Shown: positions 17,842 to 27,450, counted from the stretch's first letter. The stretch: DNA of 64,000 nucleotides from Verrucomicrobiia bacterium (GCA_028687435.1 JAQUAF010000023.1:576-64575); one strand, 5' to 3'. A program made the numbers and translations. Notes: generated from the letters alone by a model not told the origin.

Positions 17842-20205
17842 ATGAATCCAACTCAAAACACCCCCTGGTGGACCGCGGAACCCCTTCGCATCATTGAGAT
17901 CAGCAACGCATGGAAACTCGATTCCCTTTCCCTGGAAGAGGAATTGGAAACAGTCAAACGGCTGGGAGGAAACGCCCAGCATTTCCACGCATGGGAATGC
18001 GCCGCGGGATTCGACGACCAACGGATGTATTTTGAAACCCAGGCCGCCCGGAGAAAAAACCCCGACCGGATCGCGGCCTATCTGCCCATGGCCCGCCAAA
18101 ACGGCATCCGCTTGATCGTCTATTTCAATGTGCACTGGCAAACCCGCGATTTCGGGCGCCAGCATCCGGATTGGACGCAAATCCGCGAAAACGGCTCGCC
18201 ACTGGACGACGTTTACAGCACCGGAACATCCTTCTGCGTCAACAGCCCCTACCGGGAATGGGTTTTCCAGATCCTGCGCGACCTGTGCCGATATGAAATC
18301 GACGGTGTTTTTTACGATGGTCCCATTTTCTTTGCGGGAACCTGTTATTGCCCGGCCTGCAAAACCCTGTTCCGGAAACAAACCGGACAGGATATGCCCC
18401 TGAAATCCGACCGCCAGAATCCTCTCTGGACCGAACTGACCCGATTCCAAGCCGATTCGCTGGCGCGGTTCCTTGCGGACTCCAATTCGATCATCAAAAA
18501 TATCCGTCCGGATATTTTATTCTACATGAACGGCAACGCGAACTGGCCATGGTGGCCCACCGGGAGGGACAACAAACGGATCATCGAACACACCGACATC
18601 CTGGGCGCCGAAGGCGGTTTTCTCCATGGAGATCTGAATCGCCTGCCGGTTTACAAACCAAGCGTCACCGCCAAGCTGCTGGAAAGCCAGGCCCGGGGAA
18701 AACCCACCGTGGTTTTTGATTGCGCCGGACACAAACCCTGGTCCTGGCATGCCCTGCCCGAGGGGGAAATCGACCTGCTGTTGAAGGAAACCACCTGTCA
18801 CGGCGCAAATGCCTGGCTGGCCATCTTCCCGGATGACCGGCATGCCCCGGCGCTGAAAGCGGTGTCCGACCACAACCGCTTTGTCGCAAAAAATCCGGAA
18901 GCCTTTTGCCGCACCGAATCCATGGCCCGGATCGCCCTCTTGTGGCCGGCGTTGTCCGCGGAGGTTTACAACGGGTCGTCCGTGCCCGTCACCGATTTCA
19001 CCAGGGAAGTCCAGTCCAGCGGCATCGGCGACTTGGGCGAAGAGTTTAACGGCTTTTACGAGGGGCTGGTCCGCGGACATTTTCCTTTCGACGTAATCGA
19101 TGAAAAAAAACTGGAACACCTTGAAAAATACGACCTGCTTTTCCTGCCCAACGCAGCCTGCCTTTCATCGACCATGACCGACTCCATTCGCGCCTTTGTC
19201 AAAAAAGGAGGACGCCTTGTCGCTTCCTTTGAAACCTCGCTTTATGACGAAAAAGGCATCCGCCAGAAAAACTTTCAATTGTCGGACGTCTTCGGCCTCA
19301 ATTTTGGCGGCGCGCTGCTGGGCCCAATGGATTGGGATTATTTTTCCCCTGTCTCGCCAGCAGATCCGCAACTGCCATCGCCGGACGGCAAGAAATTCAT
19401 TCCCGCCCCCCAATATGGGATCCAGGTCGAACCCGCGGGAGGGAAAAATCTTTTCGTGTTTTGCAAAAAGCTCAAGGGCCGTTACGACAGCACCCCCGAA
19501 AGTTCATCCCAACCGTTTCTTTGCCGCAATTCGTTCGGCAAAGGAGAGGCATTCCATTTTGCGGGAACTTTTGGAGGAGGTCTGTCCAGGTTTTGTTTCC
19601 CGGAATACCTGGAGCTGGTCAAAAATCTGGGCGCCTTGCTAAGCCGCCCCATGATTGCCGTGGAAGGCGCCCCTTTCATCGAAGTCAGCATGAGAAGAAA
19701 TGAAAGGACCCTCTTCATTCACTTGATCAACCAAACCACCGGCGCCCGGCGGCCCGCCATTCAAATCCAGCCTTTGCATGATGTGCGGCTGACCTTCCCG
19801 GGGCTTTGCTGCAGCCATGTGACAACCTTGGGCGGCAGCCCTCTTGTCGTGGAACAAACCGCGCCGCAAACCTCCATCCGGCTGCCTTTGTTGAAAAATT
19901 ACGAGGTCATCCAATTAAGGAGCCGCGCAAAAATTACTTCACATTCTGCTGGAGGGAATTTTGCTGGATGGCAAGGCGCGAGCGACGAGCATACCCTTCA
20001 TGGGTCTGTAAGTCGCAAGCAACGCAGCCAGCCGGCAAAATCCCCCCAGCCCGCAGGGGCGCGGCAGCGTGCAGGCATCTGCGGCGTTGCTCGTCAGTCG
20101 AAGATCCACGAGGGATATTCTCCTTCCTCGCGCCTGGCGTCTGCCTGCACGGTGCCTTTGCCAGAATGTGAATTAATTTTTGCGCGGCTCCCAAGTCCCA
20201 GCTGA
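17842..20205 (+). CDS. GH42-like beta-galactosidase; 3' end replaced or extended by a MITE (family 2) insertion
   Basis: The Zn-binding cysteine cluster of GH42 is present: FCVNSPY ...(44 aa)... CYCPAC (C-x-C-x2-C). TIM-barrel region WTQIREN...YDGP. RBS ggagag precedes the ATG at 17842. The last ~95 codons (RSRAKITSHSAGGNF...) are low-complexity and coincide with the palindromic element at 19921..20186. Confidence 0.7.
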   Translation: MNPTQNTPWWTAEPLRIIEISNAWKLDSLSLEEELETVKRLGGNAQHFHAWECAAGFDDQRMYFETQAARRKNPDRIAAYLPMARQNGIRLIVYFNVHWQTRDFGRQHPDWTQIRENGSPLDDVYSTGTSFCVNSPYREWVFQILRDLCRYEIDGVFYDGPIFFAGTCYCPACKTLFRKQTGQDMPLKSDRQNPLWTELTRFQADSLARFLADSNSIIKNIRPDILFYMNGNANWPWWPTGRDNKRIIEHTDILGAEGGFLHGDLNRLPVYKPSVTAKLLESQARGKPTVVFDCAGHKPWSWHALPEGEIDLLLKETTCHGANAWLAIFPDDRHAPALKAVSDHNRFVAKNPEAFCRTESMARIALLWPALSAEVYNGSSVPVTDFTREVQSSGIGDLGEEFNGFYEGLVRGHFPFDVIDEKKLEHLEKYDLLFLPNAACLSSTMTDSIRAFVKKGGRLVASFETSLYDEKGIRQKNFQLSDVFGLNFGGALLGPMDWDYFSPVSPADPQLPSPDGKKFIPAPQYGIQVEPAGGKNLFVFCKKLKGRYDSTPESSSQPFLCRNSFGKGEAFHFAGTFGGGLSRFCFPEYLELVKNLGALLSRPMIAVEGAPFIEVSMRRNERTLFIHLINQTTGARRPAIQIQPLHDVRLTFPGLCCSHVTTLGGSPLVVEQTAPQTSIRLPLLKNYEVIQLRSRAKITSHSAGGNFAGWQGASDEHTLHGSVSRKQRSQPAKSPQPAGARQRAGICGVARQSKIHEGYSPSSRLASACTVPLPECELIFARLPSPS
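19921..20186. mobile_element. MITE-like palindromic element, family 2 (~266 bp) inside the 3' end of the GH42 gene
   Basis: 25-bp TIRs cgcgcaaaaattacttcacattctg ... cagaatgtgaattaatttttgcgcg. Inner inverted repeat gcaggcatctgcggcg / cgcctggcgtctgcctgc. Internal segments are similar to the element at 63727..64000 (gctggcaaggcg; gggatattctccttcctcgcgcctggcg vs ggggattctcctgccgcgtcgccttgg). Confidence 0.65.
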
Positions 20206-20275
20206 ACCAGGCCTGCCCGCCACCCGCGCAAAAATCATCGGCTATATCTTGAAATTGCGGGACAAATAATTCAAC

Positions 20276-20872
20276 TCACTTGCCCCGGCGCGACGCCAGA
20301 TATTCCGCCACATCCGGATGACTCTCGCGCACCGCATAATCGAACGCGGTCATTCCCTGGGAGTTGCGCGACTCGATGTTCGCTCCGTGAATCACGAGAA
20401 TTTGCGCCACCTCCAAACTGCCCTTCTGCGCCGCCCACATCAACGCCGTCTTCCCGTTCTCGTCGCAAAGATCATATTTCGCCCTGGCCATCAGTAAAAT
20501 CTGCGCAAAATCCGCCCTCCCATTCCATGCCGCAATCATCAGGGCGGTCCAGCCATTGACCGTCTGGATGTTGACATCCGCCTTCAATTTAATCAGCAGA
20601 TTGACCGTATCCAAATGGGCATTCCACACGGCCGTCATCAGCGGCGTCCACCCATCAACCAGCCGCACATTCACATCCGCTCCACCCTCGATCAGAATGC
20701 GCATGGTGGTGGAGCGCCCCTCCATGGCGGCGCGAACCATGGCCGCATCGTTCAAAGACAACACACTGCCATCATCCGTCCTCTCAACAGCCTCATGCGC
20801 ATTCGCTCCATTCACCCGTTTTTCCGTGGGTGTGGCCAGCATTTCAAGTGGTTGAGCTTGAGCTTGTTCCAT
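20276..20872 (-). CDS. Ankyrin-repeat protein (about 5 ANK repeats)
   Basis: Repeated DGWTPLMTAVWNAHLDTVNLLIK / NGWTALMIAAWNGRADFAQILL / NGKTALMWAAQKGSLEVAQILVIHGANI units (TPLH-like ANK consensus). Confidence 0.85.
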   Translation of the reverse strand: MEQAQAQPLEMLATPTEKRVNGANAHEAVERTDDGSVLSLNDAAMVRAAMEGRSTTMRILIEGGADVNVRLVDGWTPLMTAVWNAHLDTVNLLIKLKADVNIQTVNGWTALMIAAWNGRADFAQILLMARAKYDLCDENGKTALMWAAQKGSLEVAQILVIHGANIESRNSQGMTAFDYAVRESHPDVAEYLASRRGK

Positions 20873-20964
20873 CAGGATAGATTGTATGCGCGCTTCAACG
20901 CTTCTTCAACATAGCACTTCCTTCTTTATCGGCAAGAATATTGACAACTTGACTTTTAAAAACG

Positions 20965-22032
20965 ATGCTTCGTCCCATGCTTAACCTTCTTAAACCCATC
21001 GAATGGAAAAACAATCGCCTGATTTTGCTCGACCAAACGCTTCTCCCCTGCCGCATAAAATATCTCTCCCTGCGAACCTCGGCCCAGGTTTGGGAAGCCA
21101 TCAAGGTTCTGCGGGTTCGAGGCGCCCCGGCCATCGGGGTTGCCGCCGCCTTCGGCATGTATCTGGGCCTGCAAAACTGCAAGGCAAAAATGTCTTGGAA
21201 CGCCTTTCGTCGCGCCGCCCAACAACAGGGTGACTACTTGAACTCGTCCCGCCCCACCGCCGTCAATCTGCGCTGGGCAGTGGAACGGCAACTGGCCCTC
21301 ATCGACCGCATGCGGGAACAAAGCGTCCCTCGCATCCTTGCCGCCTTGCTCAAGGAAGCGCGCCGGATAATCGTCGAAGACATGGAGGTCTGCAAAGCCA
21401 TCGGACGGCATGGCCTGCCCCTGCTCCGGCAAGGCTGCGCGGTTCTCACCCATTGCAATGCCGGCGGACTGGCCACCACCCGCTACGGCACCGCGCTGGC
21501 GCCCGTTTACGCCGCAGTGGAAAAAGGCCGGAGGATTTCCGTCTATTCCGACGAAACACGCCCCCTCCTCCAGGGATCGCGGCTCACAGCCTGCGAACTG
21601 AAACGCGCCGGCGTGCCCGTCACGGTCATCTGCGACAACATGGCCGCCACCGTCATGGCACAGGGAAAAATCGACGTGGTCATCGTCGGCGCCGACCGCA
21701 TTGTTGCCAACGGGGATTTTGCGAACAAGATCGGCACCTACGGCCTGGCCATCCTCGCCAGGGAACATGGCATTCCCTTCTACTGCGCCGCCCCGGCCTC
21801 CACCGTCGATCTGCGGCTGAAACACGGAAGCCAGATCCCCATCGAGGAAAGAAAACCGGAGGAAATCACCCATGGCTTTGGCAGACAAACCGCCCCAACC
21901 GGCGTCAACGTCTTCAACCCCGCCTTCGACGTCACACCCCACCGTTATGTCTCCGGTTTCATCACTGAAAAAGGCATCCTCAAGCCGCCCTTCGCCAAAA
22001 GCCTGAAAGCCTGCTGCTCCCCCATAATTTGA
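20965..22032 (+). CDS. mtnA: S-methyl-5-thioribose-1-phosphate isomerase (eIF-2B alpha/beta/delta family)
   Basis: KVLRVRGAPAIGVAAAFGMYLG plus overall MtnA/eIF2B architecture; 355 aa. Confidence 0.85.
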   Translation: MLRPMLNLLKPIEWKNNRLILLDQTLLPCRIKYLSLRTSAQVWEAIKVLRVRGAPAIGVAAAFGMYLGLQNCKAKMSWNAFRRAAQQQGDYLNSSRPTAVNLRWAVERQLALIDRMREQSVPRILAALLKEARRIIVEDMEVCKAIGRHGLPLLRQGCAVLTHCNAGGLATTRYGTALAPVYAAVEKGRRISVYSDETRPLLQGSRLTACELKRAGVPVTVICDNMAATVMAQGKIDVVIVGADRIVANGDFANKIGTYGLAILAREHGIPFYCAAPASTVDLRLKHGSQIPIEERKPEEITHGFGRQTAPTGVNVFNPAFDVTPHRYVSGFITEKGILKPPFAKSLKACCSPII

Positions 22033-22072
22033 TCTCGCTTCCCTTCCGTCAATCGGGCAGACTGCCTCCGCT

Positions 22073-22447
22073 ATGTCAAAAATCCTTCTTGTTGAAGACA
22101 ACGAAATGAACCGCGACATGCTGTCCCGGCGGCTTGTCCGAAAAGGTTACGAGGTCATCATCGCCGTGGATGGCGGACAAGGGGTTGCCATGGCCAAGTC
22201 TGACAAACCCGATTTGATTCTCATGGACATGAGCCTCCCTGTGCTGGACGGCTGGGAAGCCACCCGCCAACTCAAGACCGACGAGCAAACCAAGGGCATT
22301 CCGGTCATTGCCCTCACAGCCCATGCCATGGCCGGCGACCGCGAAAAAACCATCGAGGCCGGCTGCGACGACTACGACACCAAACCCATCGAACTGCCCC
22401 GTTTGCTATCCAAAATCGAAGCGTTGCTCGCCAAGAAAACGCCATGA
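22073..22447 (+). CDS. Single-domain response regulator (CheY-like receiver)
   Basis: LLVEDNEMNRDML...DLILMDMSLPVLDGWEA...IPVIALTAHA; conserved D, D, K positions. Confidence 0.85.
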   Translation: MSKILLVEDNEMNRDMLSRRLVRKGYEVIIAVDGGQGVAMAKSDKPDLILMDMSLPVLDGWEATRQLKTDEQTKGIPVIALTAHAMAGDREKTIEAGCDDYDTKPIELPRLLSKIEALLAKKTP

Positions 22448-23919
22448 GTTCCACTCCTGAGCAGCCATCCGACGCGGACCTGGCGACTCTTCGCCACGAA
22501 CTGCGGACCCCCATCAACCAGATCATCGGCTACGCCGAGATGCTGGAAGAGGATGCCCGCGGCGCCGGCCAGGCGGAATCCGCCGGCGACCTGCAAAAAA
22601 TCCAGCAGGCCGCCCGAAACCTGCTCAAGCTGGTCAATGAAAACCTGATCCCCTCCCACTTCGGAGCCGGCAGCGTCAAACCTCCCGCCACCCTTTCCCC
22701 CAATGCCGCCCCCGGCGCCGAACTGCCCCAGCACATCAAACACCGTTTTGCCAAACCCGACCATGGCCATCTGCTGGTGGTGGACGACAATCCCGACAAC
22801 CGCGACATGCTGGCCAAGCGCCTTGCAAAACAAGGCTACACCGTCGCCTGCGCTGAAAACGGACGGCTCGCCCTCGAAGCCCTCCGCCGTGAATCCTTCG
22901 ATCTGGTGCTTCTGGACATCATGATGCCGGAAATGGACGGTTACCAGACCCTCAACCAGATCAAGGGCGACAATGAACTGCGTCATCTGCCCGTGATCAT
23001 GATTTCCGCGCTGGACGAATTGGAAAGCGTTTTGCGCTGCATTGAAGCGGGCGCCGAGGATTATCTGCCCAAGCCCTTTGATCCCACCCTGCTGCGGGCC
23101 CGCATCGGCGCCTGTCTGGAAAAGAAACGCGCCCACGACCAGGAACAACTCTATTGCCAGGCGCTCGTCGAAAGCCAGAAAGCCCTGGCAACCGAACTCA
23201 ACGAAGCCGCCAACTACGTTCGATCCCTTCTGCCCGCGCCGCTCAAAGGCGACGTCAAAACCGACTGGCGGTTTATTCCCTCCACCCAACTTGGAGGAGA
23301 CGCTCTTGGCTACCACTGGCTGGATCAGGATCACCTGGCCATGTATCTGCTCGACGTCTGCGGCCATGGGGTGGGCGCCGCCCTGCTCTCCATCTCCATC
23401 GCCAATGTCCTGCGCTCCCAATCCCTGCCCTCCACTGATTTTCGGCACCCCGGGGAAGTGCTCAACATGCTCAACCAGACCTTCCCGATGGAAAAACAGA
23501 ACGACATGTACTTCACCATCTGGTACGGGGTTTACGACAAAGCCAGGCATCAACTGCATTACGCCTCCGGCGGCCATCCCTATCCGGTTCTTTTCACCGG
23601 CCCCTCCCAGGCGCAGGCCGGCATGCAAATCCTGCAGGCCGGCGGAGTCATTGTCGGCACCATGCCCAACGTTTCCTATCGCACCGTCACCGTCCCCTTC
23701 CAACGCTATAACCGGCTCTATATCTTCAGCGACGGCATTTACGAGGTGACCAAAAAAGGCGGCGGCATGCTCACCCTCGATCAGTTCTCCCTATTGCTCA
23801 AAATCCCGCCTCTTGCCGGCCTCTCCCATCTCGACAGCATTCTGCGCCGCATTCAGGATCTCCACGGCTCCAGCACCATGGAGGACGATGTCTCCATCAT
23901 GGAAGCGGTTTTCGACTGA
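22444..23919 (+). CDS. Multidomain signalling protein: N-terminal HisKA-like phosphotransfer helix, receiver domain, and PP2C/SpoIIE-type Ser/Thr phosphatase domain
   Basis: H-box-like LRHELRTPINQIIGYAEML with no HATPase. REC region HLLVVDDNPDNRDML...LVLLDIMMPEMDGY. PP2C/SpoIIE region RFIPSTQLGGDALGYHWLDQDHLAMYLLDVCGHGVGAALLS...YASGGHPYPVL. The start overlaps the upstream REC gene by 4 nt (ATGA). Confidence 0.8.
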   Translation: MSSTPEQPSDADLATLRHELRTPINQIIGYAEMLEEDARGAGQAESAGDLQKIQQAARNLLKLVNENLIPSHFGAGSVKPPATLSPNAAPGAELPQHIKHRFAKPDHGHLLVVDDNPDNRDMLAKRLAKQGYTVACAENGRLALEALRRESFDLVLLDIMMPEMDGYQTLNQIKGDNELRHLPVIMISALDELESVLRCIEAGAEDYLPKPFDPTLLRARIGACLEKKRAHDQEQLYCQALVESQKALATELNEAANYVRSLLPAPLKGDVKTDWRFIPSTQLGGDALGYHWLDQDHLAMYLLDVCGHGVGAALLSISIANVLRSQSLPSTDFRHPGEVLNMLNQTFPMEKQNDMYFTIWYGVYDKARHQLHYASGGHPYPVLFTGPSQAQAGMQILQAGGVIVGTMPNVSYRTVTVPFQRYNRLYIFSDGIYEVTKKGGGMLTLDQFSLLLKIPPLAGLSHLDSILRRIQDLHGSSTMEDDVSIMEAVFD

Positions 23920-24004
23920 GCATCTCAAATACAGTTGTCCCGTTCCCCGATTGCAATGCATTTATTGTCATTGACCCACAAAATATAAGCGCTAAAATAA
24001 TAAC

Positions 24005-24331
24005 ATGGAAACAGATAAAACGCCATCAAATGTTAATATGACAGCATTTAGTCCTTTAGCGCTTCGATCCAAAATTGCCATCAAAGTCCGCCAGTGCAGG
24101 CTCATGAACAAATGGAGTCAAAAAGAATTATGCAAACGCGCCGGCATCAATTTTGCCACCTACCGGATTTTTGAAAAAACGGGAAATATTTCACTGGCCC
24201 GACTCTGCCAGGTGGCCATCGCTCTCGGACGCTCCGGAGAGTTGCTGCAACTCTTTGATCCGCCTCCAGTGGCCTCCCTGGATGAACTGCCGGAGGAAAT
24301 CAGGATTCCACGGCGTGGGAGAACCTTGTGA
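24005..24331 (+). CDS. hipB: HipB-like XRE-family HTH antitoxin
   Basis: HTH region LMNKWSQKELCKRAGINFATYRIFEKTG. Overlaps the downstream hipA start by 4 nt (GTGA). Lower-GC islet. Confidence 0.7.
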   Translation: METDKTPSNVNMTAFSPLALRSKIAIKVRQCRLMNKWSQKELCKRAGINFATYRIFEKTGNISLARLCQVAIALGRSGELLQLFDPPPVASLDELPEEIRIPRRGRTL

Positions 24332-25596
24332 AACTGAAAGTTTTTCATGCCGGAGAACTGGTCGGAACGCTGGCTGACGATCCAAGCCGGCGGGATCAAA
24401 TCCTTTTCCAGTACGCCTCATCCTGGGTTGACCGGCGAATAGAGCTTTCGCCATTTCATCTTCCCATTGTCAATGGAATGATTGTCCGTTCAAATCCCAA
24501 CCCCATCTTTCACAACCTATTCGGCTTGTTTTACGACAGTCTGCCCGATGCATGGGGCATGAGCACGCTTGAACGTTATTTCAAACAGATTGGAGTCCTG
24601 CCGCAGGAAATTTCCCCATTGGCCAAACTTGCGTATATGGGATCCCGCGCCATGGGGTCCTTGAGTTATCAACCAGCCATGGATTTGAAAGAAAACCCGG
24701 CTGTTCTTGATGCCGTGGACCTGGCCAGGCTGGACCATGAGGCGCACAAAATCCTGATTGACTCGCCGGACAGGATTTTTCCACAACTGGCTTTTTCCAG
24801 TTCGGCTGGCGGTGCGCGTCCAAAGGTCGTGGTGGCCATTCGTGATTGCGATGAAACGGTGGTTTATGGAGCCTCCAAAATCCCGGAAGGTTTTTCAGGC
24901 TGGCTGGTCAAGCTGGCAGCACTGGAAAAAGGAGTCAAGGACGGCGGGCAATATGGTCGATTGGAATACGCCTATTCCCTGATGGCCCGCGATGCAAAGA
25001 TTGAAATGCCGGAAACAAAGCTTTTGGAAGTTCCAATGAGCGGCCAAAGGGCCGGCCTTTTTGCAATCAGGCGTTTTGATCGTGTTGCCGGAGTTGGGGA
25101 ACAACAAAAACGCCACGTCCAAACTTTTGCGGCATTGCAGCATGTCAATTTTGGATTGCCTTGCGACGCCGGGGATCTCTTCAAAACCACCCTGGCATTG
25201 ACGCGGGACCTTCGGGAATTGGAACAGGCATTTCGACGGGTGGTTTTCAATATTGCCGCCTGCAATTTTGACGATCACGCCAAAAACTTCGCCTTCCTTA
25301 TGGAAAAAGACGGGACATGGAAATTAAGTCCGGCCTACGATGTGACCTACAGCATGGGCTGGGCCGATTACCGGGCCCGGCACATGATGCTGGTCAATCA
25401 ATCAGGCCGGCCGAGTGTGGAAGATTTGATTGTTGAAGCCGAAGCTTTTTCCATTTCCAGCCCCAAGGAGATCATTGGTGAAATCCTTGAAGCGATTTCT
25501 GACTGGATGAAATACGCCAAAAAGGCCAAGGTGGACAAATCCAGGGCGGAGGAAATCAGACGAAAAATCCAAGAACACGGAATCCGATCTTCATGA
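24328..25596 (+). CDS. hipA: HipA-family serine/threonine kinase toxin (type II TA)
   Basis: HipA N-terminal couple domain (MKLKVFHAGELVGTLA...QYASSW). Catalytic-loop motif DDHAKNFAF...SPAYDV (the HipA D-x-H-x-KN signature). GTG start coupled to hipB. Confidence 0.8.
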   Translation: MKLKVFHAGELVGTLADDPSRRDQILFQYASSWVDRRIELSPFHLPIVNGMIVRSNPNPIFHNLFGLFYDSLPDAWGMSTLERYFKQIGVLPQEISPLAKLAYMGSRAMGSLSYQPAMDLKENPAVLDAVDLARLDHEAHKILIDSPDRIFPQLAFSSSAGGARPKVVVAIRDCDETVVYGASKIPEGFSGWLVKLAALEKGVKDGGQYGRLEYAYSLMARDAKIEMPETKLLEVPMSGQRAGLFAIRRFDRVAGVGEQQKRHVQTFAALQHVNFGLPCDAGDLFKTTLALTRDLRELEQAFRRVVFNIAACNFDDHAKNFAFLMEKDGTWKLSPAYDVTYSMGWADYRARHMMLVNQSGRPSVEDLIVEAEAFSISSPKEIIGEILEAISDWMKYAKKAKVDKSRAEEIRRKIQEHGIRSS

Positions 25597-25653
25597 CCGG
25601 CCAAAACCGCCGCCTTCTCATTCACACAGCATGGCATGGGAACAAACCCGGCC

Positions 25654-27324
25654 TCACTTCCCATCCTCATCCCCATCTTCCCTGAATCGCTGCAACAACT
25701 GGCTTATCCCCCTCAACGGAATCGACAGCCAGCCGGGACGGTTGTTCAATTCGTAAAGCGTCTCGTAAACCGCCTTCTCCAGTTGGAACAGGCACAACAG
25801 GTCATGGAAATCCGCCGTGTCGGCCGGAATGAACGGCGCCCCGCAGGTGACGGAAAGATAGCTGTCCAGGAAAGCCCGCTTGACCCAGCGATACCACAGA
25901 TCGACGCAAGGCAATAGAAATTCCCGGCAACCCTTCTCATCCACATGACGATGCAACAAGGCGCTCTGGGCGGCGTAATCAAACGACCTCAACATGCCGG
26001 CCAGATCCACCATGGCCAGGTTTTTTGCGCATCGCTCATCCAAACCCCGGACAGGCTCCCCCTCGAAATCGATGATGAAAAAATCCGCTCCCCCATGCAA
26101 AACCTGTCCCAAATGATAATCCCCATGGATGCGGATCTTGCCGACATGGACATTGCGCCGGACAAGCATTTCGCGCGCCCGGTCAAACAACGGCGCGTCG
26201 CGCAAAAAATTCTCCGCCTCCCCCCTTGTTTCCGGCGCCAGCCCGGGAAGGCGTTTCTCCAAAACCTCCGAGGTTTCCTTCAAAGCCCTCTTGATCCGCG
26301 CATCGGCGCACCTCTGGTCAAAACGCGAAAAAATCTCCACCCCAAATCTGGAATTGCCCGTCTTGCGCGAAAGAGCCAGGTGCAACTCCGCAGTCCTGCG
26401 TCCAAGCAACCGGGCCTTGGGCAAATAGGTGTTTTCAAGATAATCCAGCACCATTTTTGGAGCGCCCTGCCCCGGCGTGCCGCCGGGGGCCACCACACCC
26501 ACCGCCCGCCGGTTTTCCAACAGCCATTCCACATAACGCTCCAGCACGTTGAGAGTGAAAGCCCAGGCGTCCGCCTCGCAAGCCACCAATCCCTGCAACA
26601 AGGCCACCACGGTCGGCGGTTCCCCCTCGCACACATATTCCAGGTGCCCGGCATATTGCGGTACATGGGAAAAATGGGCTTCTTCGCTCAAATAACGAAT
26701 CATCTCCAAATCCGGATTCATTCCTTCCCTCACCCGCCGGAAAAGTTTCAGGAACAGCTTGTCCTCGTAAAAAATTGAACTGTTGCTCTGCTCGACTCCC
26801 GGCGACCGGGAATTCGAGGGCAGACAACCTCTGCGCCTCATCTCCTCCAAAACCCGGGAAGGATTGCCCGCCAGCCTCCCCCTCGCCCCCGTCCGACCGC
26901 CCCCCGTGGCAGCCAGCTCCAAAAGCAGCATCCGAAAAGCCGGATCGCACAAGGCATCCACCAGCACCCCCGTTCCCCGCTCCCCGCCGCACTGGACAAT
27001 CACATCCTGCGGCCGAAACTCCCCTTCTTCCCTCGCCAGCCGCCCCTCCAGCAGCCGCACCGGCATCAAAAAACGCTCCCCCCCCCCGTCTTCATAAACA
27101 GCCTGCACCACCAGACAGTTCAGCGCGCCATCGGCAATGTCTTCGCGATCCAAAGGGATGCACTCCACCACCTTCGTGCTCTTCAGTTTCCGCGCCTTGC
27201 CGCCAAACCAGCGGCATCCGGCCAGATAAACCGGCAGAGCCCCCTCCTCAAACTCCTTTTTATGCTCCGATGTCCAATAGGAGGCGTCAGGACGGTGATG
27301 CAAAAATTCGGGCTGGGGATTCAT
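25654..27324 (-). CDS. mak: Maltokinase (Mak/Pep2-like, aminoglycoside-phosphotransferase fold)
   Basis: C-terminal signature WYRWV...FLDSY...LEKAVYETLYELNNRPGWLSIPLRG; kinase-like HGDYHLGQVL...IIDFEG. Start taken at MNPQPEF (27324) rather than 27390. Confidence 0.65.
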   Translation of the reverse strand: MNPQPEFLHHRPDASYWTSEHKKEFEEGALPVYLAGCRWFGGKARKLKSTKVVECIPLDREDIADGALNCLVVQAVYEDGGGERFLMPVRLLEGRLAREEGEFRPQDVIVQCGGERGTGVLVDALCDPAFRMLLLELAATGGGRTGARGRLAGNPSRVLEEMRRRGCLPSNSRSPGVEQSNSSIFYEDKLFLKLFRRVREGMNPDLEMIRYLSEEAHFSHVPQYAGHLEYVCEGEPPTVVALLQGLVACEADAWAFTLNVLERYVEWLLENRRAVGVVAPGGTPGQGAPKMVLDYLENTYLPKARLLGRRTAELHLALSRKTGNSRFGVEIFSRFDQRCADARIKRALKETSEVLEKRLPGLAPETRGEAENFLRDAPLFDRAREMLVRRNVHVGKIRIHGDYHLGQVLHGGADFFIIDFEGEPVRGLDERCAKNLAMVDLAGMLRSFDYAAQSALLHRHVDEKGCREFLLPCVDLWYRWVKRAFLDSYLSVTCGAPFIPADTADFHDLLCLFQLEKAVYETLYELNNRPGWLSIPLRGISQLLQRFREDGDEDGK

Positions 27325-27450
27325 GGTAAAATTCGAACATGAAAAGCCAGGGCAAACGGAAAAGGCATTGCTCCAATGCCCCTTGTTCATTTGCTTCGGA
27401 TTTCGATATTCGGCTTCGCTTGCGCGCTGGAAAAATCCGTTTTTCTTATC

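Noticed and set aside
23920-24004. Sigma70-like promoter and HipB operator upstream of hipB
   Set aside because: The segment is AT-rich with TTGACC and TATAAG-like hexamers, but the spacing (7 bp) is wrong and no convincing TATCC-N8-GGATA HipB operator palindrome is visible. Left uncalled.
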